Shown: one piece after another, positions 38,427 to 49,427 of the stretch
How positions within the stretch are numbered: position 1 is the stretch's first letter
Layout of the letters: every line of letters begins with the position of its first letter
Assembly: GCA_050010515.1 (NCBI GenBank)
Contig: JBEKKX010000003.1
Coordinates: forward strand, 1-64,000
Reading direction: 5' to 3'
Source of the DNA: Candidatus Bathyarchaeia archaeon
GTDB taxonomy: Archaea > Thermoproteota > Bathyarchaeia > Bathyarchaeales > Bathycorpusculaceae
Length of the DNA: 64,000 bases
The notes under the pieces: model-generated
Database searches by the model: none
What the model was told of the DNA's origin: nothing
Seen by the model: only the letters and a program-made list of their open reading frames with translations
Program-made: the position numbers and the translations under genes

Positions 38427-40848
38427 ATGCCAATTAAAAAGAGCGAACTTTACAGTTCAATATGGCAGTCTTGTGACGAATTAAGAGGCGGAATGGATGC
38501 TTCCCAATACAAAGATTATGTCCTTGTTTTATTGTTCATGAAGTACGTTTCTGACAGGTATGCTGGAAAAAGCGATGCTTTGATTGAGGTTCCTAAAGGT
38601 GCAAGTTTCGCTGACATGGTTGCCTTAAAAGGCAAGCCTGACATAGGCGATAGAATTAACAAAATTATTGCCAAGCTTGCTGAGGCTAACGAACTAGTGG
38701 GGATTATCACCGTTGCAGACTTTAATGATGATGATAAGCTCGGGGAAGGTAAAGAAATGCAGGAACGCCTTTCTAACCTTATCGCTATTTTTGAAAAACC
38801 TGAGTTGGATTTTAGTAGGAATAGAGCTGATGGAGACGATCTTTTAGGTGACGCTTACGAGTATTTAATGCGCCATTTTGCTACAGAATCAGGTAAGAGC
38901 AAAGGGCAATTTTATACGCCGGCTGAGGTTTCAAGGATAATGGCTAAGGTAATTGGAATTAACAAAGCAGAACGGCAAGATCAAACCGTTTATGACCCAA
39001 CTTGCGGTTCGGGTTCTTTGCTATTGAAGGCTGCAAATGAAACAGAGCATGGTATAACTATCTACGGACAGGAAATGGACTTAGCGACTAGAGGCTTAGC
39101 TAAAATGAACATGATTTTACACAAGAATCCTACCGCTGACATCCAACAGGGAAACACGCTCTCAAAACCGTATTTCAAAAATAAAGATGGGACTCTAAAA
39201 ACCTTTGATTTCGCGGTGGCTAATCCACCTTTTTCAACTAAAGCATGGAGTAACGGTTTTGAACCAGACCATGACATGTTTGGAAGGTTTGAGGGGTTCG
39301 GTATTCCGCCTGCAAAGAATGGCGATTACGCTTTCCTTTTGCACCTGATTAAATCTTTAAAAAGTACTGGCAAGGGTGCTATAATTTTGCCACATGGTGT
39401 ACTTTTTAGGGGCAATTCCGAAGCCAATATAAGGAAAAATCTAATCAAGAGAGGCTACATAAAAGGCATTATAGGCTTGCCAGCTAACTTGTTTTATGGG
39501 ACAGGCATTCCTGCTTGCATTATTTGTAATAGATAAAGAGGATGCTGAAAGCCGAACAGGCGTTTTTATGATAGACGCAAGCAAGGGCTATATTAAAGAC
39601 GGAAATAAAAACCGGCTCAGAGAGCAAGATATTCATGAAATTGTAGATGCTTTCAATAACCAAATTGAAGTCCCAAGATACTCACGCATGGTTCCTATAA
39701 CAGAAATCAGCAATCCAAAGAACGATTACAATCTTAACATATCCCGATACATTGATAGTCAAGAAGAAGAGGATCTACAAGACATAGAAGCTCACCTTCT
39801 TGGCGGCATTCCAGCAAAAGACGTTGAAGATTTAGCCGCTTACTGGAGTGTTTGTCCATCTTTAAAGGAAGCGCTCTTTACTCCAAGTGAACGACCGGAA
39901 TACTTCAACTTAAAGGTCAAAAAAACAAATATCAAATCAACTATTTTTGAAAACTCCGAATTTACTGGCTATTCAAAGAAAGTAGAGTCAACCTTCAACG
40001 GTTGGCAGGAAGAAATAAAGTCATTACTAAACAATTTACAGATCGGTTCCAAACCTAAAGAACTAATCACTATTCTTTCAGAAAAACTCATTTCCTCCTT
40101 TGGCAAGAATGCCCTCATAGACAAATACGATGTCTACCAAAAACTCATGGACTATTGGTTTGAAACAATGCAAGACGACGCCTACTTAATATCAACAAAC
40201 GGCTGGAAAGCAGAATTGAACGTTACTAAAAACAGTAAGGGCAAAGACACCGAATGGACTTGCGACCTAATACCAAAAAAAGTCCTGATTGCCAAGTTTT
40301 TCGTTAAGGCGCAGGAAACAATAAACGACCTTATGGTAGAAGCTGAAACAATAGGTCAGCAAATGGAAACCTTAAAAGAGGAAAACACTGGAGAAGACGA
40401 CCTATTTGCAGAGGTAAAAAATGATGCTGACAAGATCGCTAAACCAGATCTTATCAAGAGGATAAGAAACATAAACGCAAAAAGTGAGTTTGTTGATGAA
40501 CTCAAAGTTTTGGAGGAATACTTGGGGCTAATACAAAAGAATGCGGAAATCAACAGCAAAATAAAAAGTGTCGAATTAGACCTTGACAAAAAATTGCAAA
40601 TTAAATGCAAAAACTTAACCCTTGAGGAAACCAAGTCGCTGGTAGTTGAAGATAAATGGCTAAAATCAATGCATGACTCTGTAAAGAACGAAGTCGAAAG
40701 AATCTCCCAAAAACTTGCAGGTAGAATAAAAGAGCTTGCAGAACGGTATGAATCACCCATGCCGAAATTGACCAAAGAAGTTGAGGAGCACTCCAAAAAT
40801 GTTGATAATCACCTAAGAAACATGGGTTTTGAATGGGTTTGCCAATAA
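38427..40848 (+). pseudogene. hsdM: Type I R-M methyltransferase, split by a +1 frameshift at about 39524
   Basis: GQFYTP, DPTCGSG and NPPF in ORF 38412..39536. The GIPACII/VIDK reading resumes in ORF 39496..40848. Confidence 0.9.
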
Positions 40849-42104
40849 TAGAAAAAGGGTACAACAAGACGGAGATAGGTACAATCCCTGAAGATTGGAC
40901 CCTGAAGAAACTGAAAGATATTTTGTTATCTACACAACTGGGTGGCAACTATCAAAATAGTGAAGAAGAAACGCCCTACCCATTGATGAAAATGGGGAAT
41001 ATTGAAAGGGGAAATATTAACCTGGATAAAATTGAATATATAAAACAAAATGTCAAGCCGTCTGAAAGAGACAAACTAAATTTTGGAGACATTTTGTTCA
41101 ACACAAGAAATACATTGGAATTGGTGGGAAAAGTCGCAATATGGAGAGATGAGCTGCCGATAGCGTATTTCAATTCCAATTTAATGAGGTTGAAATTTAA
41201 TATCGATGTTTCCAACTTTTTTATGAATTATGTTTTTAACTCTAAAAGCTTGCTTACTCAATTAAAGTCCATAGCGACTGGAACTACGAGCGTCGGCGCG
41301 ATCTATACACGAGATCTGTTTGGTATACAAATTCCACTTCCTGAATTAGAAGAACAATCCGCTATAGCTCAAGTCCTCTCAGACGCGGACGACCTGATCG
41401 AATCTCTTGACAAGCTTATCACAAAGAAGAAGCTCATTAAGCAGGCTGCAATGCAGGAACTCCTCACAAGTAAGAAAAGATTGTCAGGTTTTTCTGAAAG
41501 GTGGGCAATCAAAAAGCTTGGAAAGATCGGATATTTTAAGGGAGGCAGCGGATTTCCTCTTAAATACCAGAAATCTTCAGAAGGCACTTTTCCTTTTTAT
41601 AAAGTATCAGATATGAATAATAAAGGCAACATTATTTTCATGTCTACTTCTAACAATTACATTTCTGAATATGTAGTAAAGAAAATTGGAGCTACTATTT
41701 TTCCAAAAAACTCCATTATTTTTGCAAAAATTGGTGCAGCAATATTCCTTGAAAGAAAAAGGATACTTTCAACAAATAGCTGTATAGATAATAATATGAT
41801 GGGTTTTATAGTCGATAAACATCAAGCAAATTACAGGTTTATTTACTATAAACTAATTCAAACTAATTTTGGCAAGCTTTCAAGTACAACAGCGTTGCCA
41901 TCTTTAAATGGAAACGAACTTGGAGAATTGGATACTTTCTTACCGACTGATTTAAGGGAGCAGGAAGAAATCGCTAGAATTATCTCTGATATGGATGGGG
42001 CGCTTGAGGCTCTTGAGCGAAAGAGGGATAAGTACAAACAATTAAAAGTAGGCTTGATGCAACAGCTATTAACAGGAAGAATTCGGTTAAAATGGAAAAG
42101 CTGA
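40833..42104 (+). CDS. hsdS: Type I R-M specificity subunit
   Basis: IPEDW, two target-recognition domains, PLP.LEEQ..IA and EQ.EIA conserved helices, LMQQLLTG. Confidence 0.95.
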   Translation: MGLPIIEKGYNKTEIGTIPEDWTLKKLKDILLSTQLGGNYQNSEEETPYPLMKMGNIERGNINLDKIEYIKQNVKPSERDKLNFGDILFNTRNTLELVGKVAIWRDELPIAYFNSNLMRLKFNIDVSNFFMNYVFNSKSLLTQLKSIATGTTSVGAIYTRDLFGIQIPLPELEEQSAIAQVLSDADDLIESLDKLITKKKLIKQAAMQELLTSKKRLSGFSERWAIKKLGKIGYFKGGSGFPLKYQKSSEGTFPFYKVSDMNNKGNIIFMSTSNNYISEYVVKKIGATIFPKNSIIFAKIGAAIFLERKRILSTNSCIDNNMMGFIVDKHQANYRFIYYKLIQTNFGKLSSTTALPSLNGNELGELDTFLPTDLREQEEIARIISDMDGALEALERKRDKYKQLKVGLMQQLLTGRIRLKWKS

Positions 42105-45100
42105 TTGTCGGGCAAGCTGAAAGGAAAACTCAGGAAAGAATAATTAAACTATTTTCAGGTAAACTGTTGGGGTACTCTTATCTCGGTAATTGGGAGGATC
42201 GTGAGAATAGCAACATAGAAGAAGAGTATCTAATCAAGTTCCTCAAGAAGCAAGGTTACAATGATAATCTAATTAAAAAAGCCCTTTTTGAATTACAGCA
42301 AGTTGCTTCTAATCAAAACAAGGGACTATATGATATTAACAAAGAAGTCTACAGTCTTTTAAGATATGGCATTCAAGTAAAAGATAACATTGGGGAAACT
42401 AAACAAACCGTTTGGCTAATAGACTGGAATAACAAATTAAACAATGATTTCTACATAGCTGAGGAAGTGACTGTTAGAGGCGAACATGATAAGCGCCCCG
42501 ATATAGTCTTGTACGTTAATGGGGTAGCAGTGGCTGTTTTGGAGCTAAAAAGAAGCACGATCTCAGTATCCCAAGGCATAAGGCAAAACCTCGATAACCA
42601 AAAGCAGATTTTCATAAAACAGTTCTTTGCAACAATCCAGCTTGTTATGGCTGGAAATGATACCGAAGGCTTGAGCTATGCAACGACTGAAACCCCTGAA
42701 AAATACTATCTCAAATGGAAAGAGCATTCTAAAATAAAAAACAAGCTTGAAAAAGACTTATCCTTGCTTTGTAGCAAGGAACGCCTCTTAGAAATAATTC
42801 ATGATTTCATAGTCTTTGATTTTGGAGTCAAAAAGATCTGCCGACACAACCAATACTTCGGAGTTAAGGCGTGTCAAGCGTACCTAAAGAGAAGGAAAGG
42901 CGGCATAATTTGGCACACTCAAGGGAGCGGCAAAAGCCTAATTATGATTTGGCTTGCCAAATGGATAAGAGAAAACATAACCGACTCGCGGGTTTTAATA
43001 ATTACTGACCGGGAAGAACTCGACAGCCAGATTGAAAATTTCTTCAAAGGAGTCGACGAGCAAATTTACCGGACAGAAAGTGGAAAAGACTTAATCCAAC
43101 AACTCATGAATGCTAAGCCATGGCTTATGTGTTCCCTCATCCACAAATTCGGAACAAAAAAACAACAAAGCGAAGAACAAGACTTAGAGGAATATATTCA
43201 GGAAATAATGAATAATCTTCCAACTAATTTCAAGCCAAAAGGCGACCTGTATGTTTTTGTCGATGAATGTCACAGAACTCAATCAGGAAAATTACATGGA
43301 GCAATGAAAGGTATCATTCCTAACGCGATCTTCATCGGCTTTACCGGAACACCACTATTAAAAAAAGACAAGAAAACAAGCCGACAAGTGTTTGGCGACT
43401 ACATTCATACCTACAAGTACAACGAAGCCGTATCCGATAACGTAGTTTTAGATTTACAGTATGAGGCAAGAGAAGTAGATCAAAGGATAACTTCTCAAGA
43501 AAAAATAGACCAGTGGTTTGAAGCAAAGACAAGAGGGCTGACAGAGTATGCAAAGGCCGAATTGAAGACGAAATGGGGTACTATGCAAAAAGTCCTCAGT
43601 TCCCAACCGCGGTTGAATAGAATAGTCGCAGACATAATGTTTGACATGGAAACCAAAAACCGGTTGCTAAGCGGTAGAGGTAACGCAATGCTTGTTTCAG
43701 GTAGTATATACCAAGCCTGTCAATACTATGAACTGTTCCAAAATAACGGTCTTAAAAAATGCGCAATAATAACCTCTTATTCAGGTGACATAGACCTAAT
43801 TAAGGGTGAAAGCACCGGAGAAGACGATGAGACAGATAACATATTCAAATATGAAACATACCAAAAAATGATCGCTTACTATGAAGGTATTTACCCTGAA
43901 ATCAAAACCAAGGGCTTTGAAGAAGTAATAAAAGAAAAATTCGTAAAAGAACCCGGCCAGATGAAACTTCTAATTGTAGTTGATAAGCTCCTTACTGGTT
44001 TTGATGCCCCACCTGCAACTTACTTGTACATCGATAAAAGCATGCAGGATCATGGTCTTTTCCAAGCAATCTGCCGAGTTAACAGACTCGACGGCGAAGA
44101 CAAAGACTACGGCTATATAATTGACTACAAGGACCTATTCAAAAGCCTCAGCCAAGCAGTAAAAGATTACACTACAGGAGCGTTTAGCGGATTTGACAAA
44201 GAAGATGTTGAGGGCCTGCTTAAAGATAGACTGAAAACTGGAAAAGAGAATTTAGATTCAGCCCTTGAAGGCATCAAGGTTCTCTGCGAACCCGTAAAAC
44301 CACCCAAAGATTCTTCAGCATATATCGAATATTTCTGCGGCAATACAGAAAAACCGGAGGAATTAGCCGCCACTGAACAAAAAAGAATATCTCTCTACAA
44401 ACTAACCTCAAAACTATTACGATCATACGTAAACATTGCCAATGAAATGAAAGAAGCGGGCTACAGCCAGAAAGAAACAGAAAAAATAAAGCAAAATGTA
44501 AGCAACTTTGAAAACATTAGAAGCGAAATCAAGTTAGCAAGTCATGATTACATCGATTTGAAAGCTTACGAACCTGCAATGCGCCATTTAATAGATTCTT
44601 ATATTGATGCAGATGAAAGCAAAACAGTAACTGCGTTTGATGATTTAACGCTCATAGACCTGATAGTCAATAAAGGCGTAGACGCAATCGATTCTCTTCC
44701 CAAAGGGATCAAAGAAAACAAAAATGCCGTTGCAGAAACAATTGAAAATAACGTGCGAAGACTAATCATTGAAGAGAAACCGACAAATCCAAAATATTTT
44801 GAAAAAATGTCAGTTTTACTTGATGAACTGATTAGGGAGAGAAAACAAAACGCTGTAGAATACGCCAACTACTTGAAAAGAATAGTGAATATTGTTAGAA
44901 GAGTAAAGAACAGCTCATTTGTCGATACGTACCCAAAGACAATCAATACAAAAGCCAAAAAAGCACTTTACGATAATTTAGAAAACAACGAAGAGCTTGC
45001 TCTAAAAGTTAATGAGCATATTGAGACGGAAAAGTCTGACGGCTGGCGAGGAAGCCGTATTAAAGAAAAACAGGTAAGAATTGCAATCAAAAACGCTTTA

Positions 45101-45175
45101 GCCGAATTCGGAATAAGCGATGAAGCTAAAATAGATGCAGTCCTAGAATTGGTGAAGAATCAAAATGAATACTAA
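42092..45175 (+). CDS. hsdR: Type I R-M restriction subunit
   Basis: RPDIVLYVNG..ELK, HTQGSGKS, DECH, FTGTP, LLTGFD, QAICRVNR. Confidence 0.96.
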   Translation: MEKLIVGQAERKTQERIIKLFSGKLLGYSYLGNWEDRENSNIEEEYLIKFLKKQGYNDNLIKKALFELQQVASNQNKGLYDINKEVYSLLRYGIQVKDNIGETKQTVWLIDWNNKLNNDFYIAEEVTVRGEHDKRPDIVLYVNGVAVAVLELKRSTISVSQGIRQNLDNQKQIFIKQFFATIQLVMAGNDTEGLSYATTETPEKYYLKWKEHSKIKNKLEKDLSLLCSKERLLEIIHDFIVFDFGVKKICRHNQYFGVKACQAYLKRRKGGIIWHTQGSGKSLIMIWLAKWIRENITDSRVLIITDREELDSQIENFFKGVDEQIYRTESGKDLIQQLMNAKPWLMCSLIHKFGTKKQQSEEQDLEEYIQEIMNNLPTNFKPKGDLYVFVDECHRTQSGKLHGAMKGIIPNAIFIGFTGTPLLKKDKKTSRQVFGDYIHTYKYNEAVSDNVVLDLQYEAREVDQRITSQEKIDQWFEAKTRGLTEYAKAELKTKWGTMQKVLSSQPRLNRIVADIMFDMETKNRLLSGRGNAMLVSGSIYQACQYYELFQNNGLKKCAIITSYSGDIDLIKGESTGEDDETDNIFKYETYQKMIAYYEGIYPEIKTKGFEEVIKEKFVKEPGQMKLLIVVDKLLTGFDAPPATYLYIDKSMQDHGLFQAICRVNRLDGEDKDYGYIIDYKDLFKSLSQAVKDYTTGAFSGFDKEDVEGLLKDRLKTGKENLDSALEGIKVLCEPVKPPKDSSAYIEYFCGNTEKPEELAATEQKRISLYKLTSKLLRSYVNIANEMKEAGYSQKETEKIKQNVSNFENIRSEIKLASHDYIDLKAYEPAMRHLIDSYIDADESKTVTAFDDLTLIDLIVNKGVDAIDSLPKGIKENKNAVAETIENNVRRLIIEEKPTNPKYFEKMSVLLDELIRERKQNAVEYANYLKRIVNIVRRVKNSSFVDTYPKTINTKAKKALYDNLENNEELALKVNEHIETEKSDGWRGSRIKEKQVRIAIKNALAEFGISDEAKIDAVLELVKNQNEY

Positions 45176-45911
45176 CACAAGCAATACAGAAATTTGCAAT
45201 TTAGAGGTTCAAATAGTTAAGAAAGACATAAAAAACATACATTTGGGCGTTTATCCTCCCGATGGTAAGATAAGAGTCGCAGTTCCAATTCAAACAACCG
45301 ATGAAAAAATACGGTTATTAATTAATTCAAAAATATCTTGGATAAAAAGACAACAATCTAAATTTCTTGAACAGGAACGGCAATCCAAAAGAGAATATGT
45401 CTCTGGGGAAAGCCATTTCTTCATGGGAAATAGGTATCTATTGACCGTAATTAACTCAAACAGCCCGCCTAGAGTCGAGATAAAAAGAAAAAAACGTATA
45501 GACATGTATGTTAAGCCACAGACAACTCTCAAAAAGAAAGAGCAATTAATGAATGCTTTCTATCGTTCTGAGCTTAAAAAAGAAACTCCCCCATTGATTG
45601 AGAAATGGGAAAAAATTATGGGTATAACCGTTAAGGAATTTAAAATCAAGAAAATGAAAACAAAGTGGGGAACCTGCAGCCCTAAAAACCAAAGAATATG
45701 GATAAATCTGGAACTAGCAAAAAAACCAAGACATTGTTTAGAATATGTTTTAGTTCATGAAATGACTCATTTGATCGAAAAGAAACATACCGACCAGTTT
45801 AACTCTTTAATGTACTTCTTCATACCACAAGGCGCTCAGTATAAACAAGAATTAAATAACGATATCTTGGCTTATTCAAAGTGGAACAATCTAACAGAAC
45901 CCAGTCATTAA
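45165..45911 (+). CDS. YgjP/DUF45 (SprT/M48-like) metallopeptidase
   Basis: KWGTC, YVLVHEMTHL..H. Typical fourth gene of type I R-M loci. Confidence 0.9.
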   Translation: MNTNTSNTEICNLEVQIVKKDIKNIHLGVYPPDGKIRVAVPIQTTDEKIRLLINSKISWIKRQQSKFLEQERQSKREYVSGESHFFMGNRYLLTVINSNSPPRVEIKRKKRIDMYVKPQTTLKKKEQLMNAFYRSELKKETPPLIEKWEKIMGITVKEFKIKKMKTKWGTCSPKNQRIWINLELAKKPRHCLEYVLVHEMTHLIEKKHTDQFNSLMYFFIPQGAQYKQELNNDILAYSKWNNLTEPSH

Positions 45912-45944
45912 AACAAGAAAATAAAACTATAAGAAAAAAAAGCT

Positions 45945-46154
45945 TTATTCACGCCTCTTTCCTCTGCTTTCTCCGCCTTTCCTTCCTATTTCCCTGTAGA
46001 ATTCGGAACCGCGCTCCTCAGCTACTTTTTCGCCGCCTTTCCTACCGATCTCTCTGTAAAATTGTGGACCTCTTTCTCGAGCCACTTTTTCGCCGCCTTT
46101 TCTTCCAGCTTCTTCACGTGTCATCTTCCTTTTTTCTTCACTTTTAACTACCAA
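45945..46154 (-). CDS. KGG-repeat general stress protein (GsiB/YciG/Em-like)
   Basis: EAGRKGGE, and FYREIGRKGGE twice. Confidence 0.9.
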   Translation of the reverse strand: MVVKSEEKRKMTREEAGRKGGEKVARERGPQFYREIGRKGGEKVAEERGSEFYREIGRKGGESRGKRRE

Positions 46155-46350
46155 AATTATTCACCTCCCTTTATTTCCTCGAAAAAGGCTGTCTTGTTAT
46201 CTACTCAAGGATAGCCTTTAAGCGTGTGTGGTTATCAAAAAGCAATCACAAACCTACTTGGCGAGCTAGTTAACCACAGTAATCTCTATTTTTCAAAATA
46301 GGAAACTAACGCCAAGAAATTAAATTAAAGAAAACGGAATGTTTAGTTAG

Positions 46351-46635
46351 TTATTCTATTTTCCCTATTTCTTTTGTTATATCTATTGGCGATTTATAGG
46401 TTTTATCCGGCAGTTTGTTTAATAAATCCATTACATCGTCTGGGGCATCTTTATCTTGTGCTTTGTCGACCAAGTTCTTTTTTTCTGCTGGGTAATGTAT
46501 GCCAGCAAGATATTTTTCCACTATAGCTGGGCTAACGTGACCAGATTTTCCGCTTCTATTTGTGTATTGTCGTCGTGCCTCTCTACCTTGACCTATGCCT
46601 ACGCGCCTACTTGTTTGAACTTCTTCTCTACTCGT
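46351..46635 (-). CDS. DUF2795 domain protein, apparent non-canonical (ACG) start
   Basis: SPAIVEKYLAGIHYPAEKKNLVDKAQDKDAPDDVMDLLNKLPDKTYKSPIDI. GGAGGTGA RBS just upstream of ATA-ACG. Missed by the ORF track. Confidence 0.8.
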   Translation of the reverse strand, partial: TSREEVQTSRRVGIGQGREARRQYTNRSGKSGHVSPAIVEKYLAGIHYPAEKKNLVDKAQDKDAPDDVMDLLNKLPDKTYKSPIDITKEIGKIE

Positions 46636-46696
46636 TATCCTTCACCTCCATACTCTTAAACGAGTTAACTCGAAAAATAAAAAACATGCTTACCGT

Positions 46697-46867
46697 TTAT
46701 TCTTCTCCGTGCTCTTTTCCTTCCTCAATAAGTTTTCGAACTTTTAGTCCACTTTTGCTACTAATCTCACTGTAAAATTCAGATCCATGAGTCTCAGACG
46801 TCTTTTCTCCACCCATCCGACCAGCCTCCGCAACAGTCATCTTTCCCTTCTTCCTCGATTCACTCAA
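46697..46867 (-). CDS. KGG-repeat stress protein
   Basis: KGKMTVAEAGRMGGEKT..THGSEFYSEI, with a TTG start after GGAGGTGA. Confidence 0.85.
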   Translation of the reverse strand: MSESRKKGKMTVAEAGRMGGEKTSETHGSEFYSEISSKSGLKVRKLIEEGKEHGEE

Positions 46868-47115
46868 ACACATCACCTCCAAAAAAGTATGTTCCCGCTT
46901 TTTTGTCAACATTGTCAACACTTAATTGCTTTCTTAATTTTCTAGCCTGAAACAAAACTTTTAAACATATGTGGCTGTCTTAGCACAGTAACAACTGGAA
47001 GGAGCTTTTTTTAGGTCAAAAATACAATTTAGACTATAAATTAAGTCAAAACTCAAACGTTGAAAAATTTTTGGATCAGCTTTTCAAATTAAAACAAGGT
47101 TAATTGCAGTTTTTT

Positions 47116-47310
47116 CTATTCTTCTTCGTGTGCTTTTCCTGCTTCAATAAGTTTACGGACTCTTTGTCCACCTTTCGGTCCGCCTATTTTTCCACCCTTG
47201 CGGCCTATTTCGCTATAGAATTCTTCTCCGTGGGTTTCAGCTGTTTTTAGTCCGCCTTTCCTTCCGGCTTCTTCAACCGTCATTTTACCTTTTTTCTTTT
47301 CTCTTGACAA
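47116..47310 (-). CDS. KGG-repeat stress protein
   Basis: EAGRKGG..T..THG.EFYSEIGRKGG...KGGQRVRKLI. Confidence 0.9.
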   Translation of the reverse strand: MSREKKKGKMTVEEAGRKGGLKTAETHGEEFYSEIGRKGGKIGGPKGGQRVRKLIEAGKAHEEE

Positions 47311-47389
47311 TACCCTTCACCTCCATTAAAAAAGCGTTTTGATATCTAAAGAAGCTGAAACTAACAAGTAATTACTAAAATAAGGTTTT

Positions 47390-47707
47390 TTATTCTTCTT
47401 CATGTTCTTTGCCCACTTGAATTAGTTTTCGAACTCTTTGCCCACCACGGTGACCTGCTTCTTCAAGGCTTGTTTTTCCCATAGCTTCACTTGTACCTTC
47501 ATGCTGCTTGGCCCTCTCAGATCCACCTTTGCTGCCTATCTCACTGTAAAATTCTGGGCCGCGCTCTTGAGAAACTTTCTCGCCGCCTTTACGACCGATT
47601 TCCTCATAAAACGCTCGCCCATGAGTTTGAGCGGTTTTTTCTCCACCTTTCCTTCCAGCCTCAGCAACAGTCATCTTGCCTTTTCTGTTTTCTTCACGCA
47701 TACTCAA
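47390..47707 (-). CDS. KGG-repeat stress protein
   Basis: Three KGG repeats, then EAGHRGGQRVRKLI. Confidence 0.9.
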   Translation of the reverse strand: MSMREENRKGKMTVAEAGRKGGEKTAQTHGRAFYEEIGRKGGEKVSQERGPEFYSEIGSKGGSERAKQHEGTSEAMGKTSLEEAGHRGGQRVRKLIQVGKEHEEE

Positions 47708-47945
47708 AAAATTCACCTCCTATTAAACAACGGAAAAGTTAACGGTATTAGAGCCGAATGACCGCTCATAAACTTATGTGGTTGTGGCATAACAGTAACA
47801 TGCCAACTAAGCAAAATGGAAGATTATTTCATATGAAAAAATACACAAAAAACAGCTTACAACATGAATATTCAATGCCAAATGGATTCATAAGTTAATT
47901 TAAATATCTCGGACAGGTCAACTTTATAATCATTGGGGAACCTGA

Positions 47946-49427
47946 ATGAAAGTGCTTCTCATCAATCCGCCGCAAGTATTTTATCCAGGTTCTGATCAGC
48001 CAGCAGGCAATCTGCCTCTTGGCTTAATGTACATCGCTGCGATGCTTGACAAAGCAGGTTACAAAACTGAAATTTTAGATGCTTTTATGAGTGATAGTTC
48101 ATTCCTGAAAAACGGCGAAACCATAAACGTTGGCATGCCGTTTGAGCGGATAAAGCAGGAAATTTACAGTCGGAAGCCAGATATTGTTGGTATAGCAGGA
48201 CCATTCACTTGCCAAATAGAAAACTCAGTTAAAATAAGCAACTTAGCCAAGCAAGTTGACCAAAGCATTTTAACAGTTGTAGGCGGTCCACACGTAACCA
48301 CAGTGCCAAAAGGGTTTCTTGAAGAGGCAAAAAGCGTTGACATTGCGGTGACAGGCGAAGGCGAATACACAATGCTTGAATTAGCTCAGTATTTTGAAGG
48401 CAAAAAACAGTTAAGCGAAATTCTCGGCGTCGCCTACCGTAAAGATGAAGAAGTCATCATAAATTCACCGAGGCCTTTCATTAAAAACTTGGATGAGCTT
48501 CCCTACCCAGCTTACGACCTAGTGGATATGGAGCAGTACCTAAGCCCCAAAAGGATAGGTTACCGCAGCTTCAGAAACAGGGCAATATCAATGATTACTA
48601 GCAGGGGGTGCCCCTTTAACTGCTGTTTCTGCTCGGTCCATTTGCACATGGGCAGGGAATTTAGAGCGCACTCCCCAAATTACGTGCTCAACCACATACA
48701 ATATGTCGTGGAAAAGTTTAATGTTAAGAACATTTTTTTTGAAGATGACAACCTAACCCTTGACCTCTCAAGGTTCGAAGCTGTCTGCGACGGCTTAATT
48801 GAGAAAAAAATCAAGATCGGTTGGGAAACGCCAAACGGCGTCCGAGCAGACTGCTTAAACTTGAATCTGCTGGAAAAAATGAAAAAGTCAGGTTGTCAAA
48901 GCGTCTTTTTCGGCGTTGAGTCAGGCGACCAGCAAATCTTAAACAATGTAATCTGCAAGAGCCTAGACTTGAACCGTGTAGTTGAAGTTGCGAAAATCTG
49001 CAAAGACATCGGCCTGAAAACAGGCGCATTCTACATTATTGGCTTTCCAGGCGAAAAGAAAGAGAACATGCAGAAAACCGTTGATTTTGCTCTAGGGCTC
49101 AAACGTGATTTTGATGTTGGCATGCATCTGTTCTATGCTACTCCTTCGTATGGAACAAGACTTTATGATGAGTGTAAGGCTAAAGGGTATATTCAGGGAG
49201 ATTTAACTTGGAACTCTTTTGCTGAGGCACGTCAACCGAAAGGCATGCCGTTGATTTCAACTGAGGATTTTACATCCCAAGAAGTGAAAGAGATAGCAAC
49301 TAAGGCGCTTGAGGAGTATAAGAAATTATCTTTACTGAATCACATTAAAAATCCACGGAAAACGTTGAAGACAGCATTTGATCAGCCGCAACTCATTTTG
49401 AAATATCTCAGAAACTTATTTAGCTAA
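47946..49427 (+). CDS. Cobalamin-binding radical SAM protein
   Basis: PLGLMYIA, VGGPH, GEGE, SRGCPFNCCFC, GVESG. Confidence 0.93.
   Translation: MKVLLINPPQVFYPGSDQPAGNLPLGLMYIAAMLDKAGYKTEILDAFMSDSSFLKNGETINVGMPFERIKQEIYSRKPDIVGIAGPFTCQIENSVKISNLAKQVDQSILTVVGGPHVTTVPKGFLEEAKSVDIAVTGEGEYTMLELAQYFEGKKQLSEILGVAYRKDEEVIINSPRPFIKNLDELPYPAYDLVDMEQYLSPKRIGYRSFRNRAISMITSRGCPFNCCFCSVHLHMGREFRAHSPNYVLNHIQYVVEKFNVKNIFFEDDNLTLDLSRFEAVCDGLIEKKIKIGWETPNGVRADCLNLNLLEKMKKSGCQSVFFGVESGDQQILNNVICKSLDLNRVVEVAKICKDIGLKTGAFYIIGFPGEKKENMQKTVDFALGLKRDFDVGMHLFYATPSYGTRLYDECKAKGYIQGDLTWNSFAEARQPKGMPLISTEDFTSQEVKEIATKALEEYKKLSLLNHIKNPRKTLKTAFDQPQLILKYLRNLFS

Larger units (their letters stand above)
46227..47800 (-). 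promoter_or_regulatory. Three copies of a 24-bp imperfect palindrome directly upstream of the TATA boxes of the KGG transcription units
   Basis: 46227-46250 TGTGGTTA..CAATCACA, 46970-46993 TGTGGCTG..CAGTAACA, 47777-47800 TGTGGTTG..CAGTAACA. Each lies 4 nt from a TATA-like hexamer. Confidence 0.75.
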
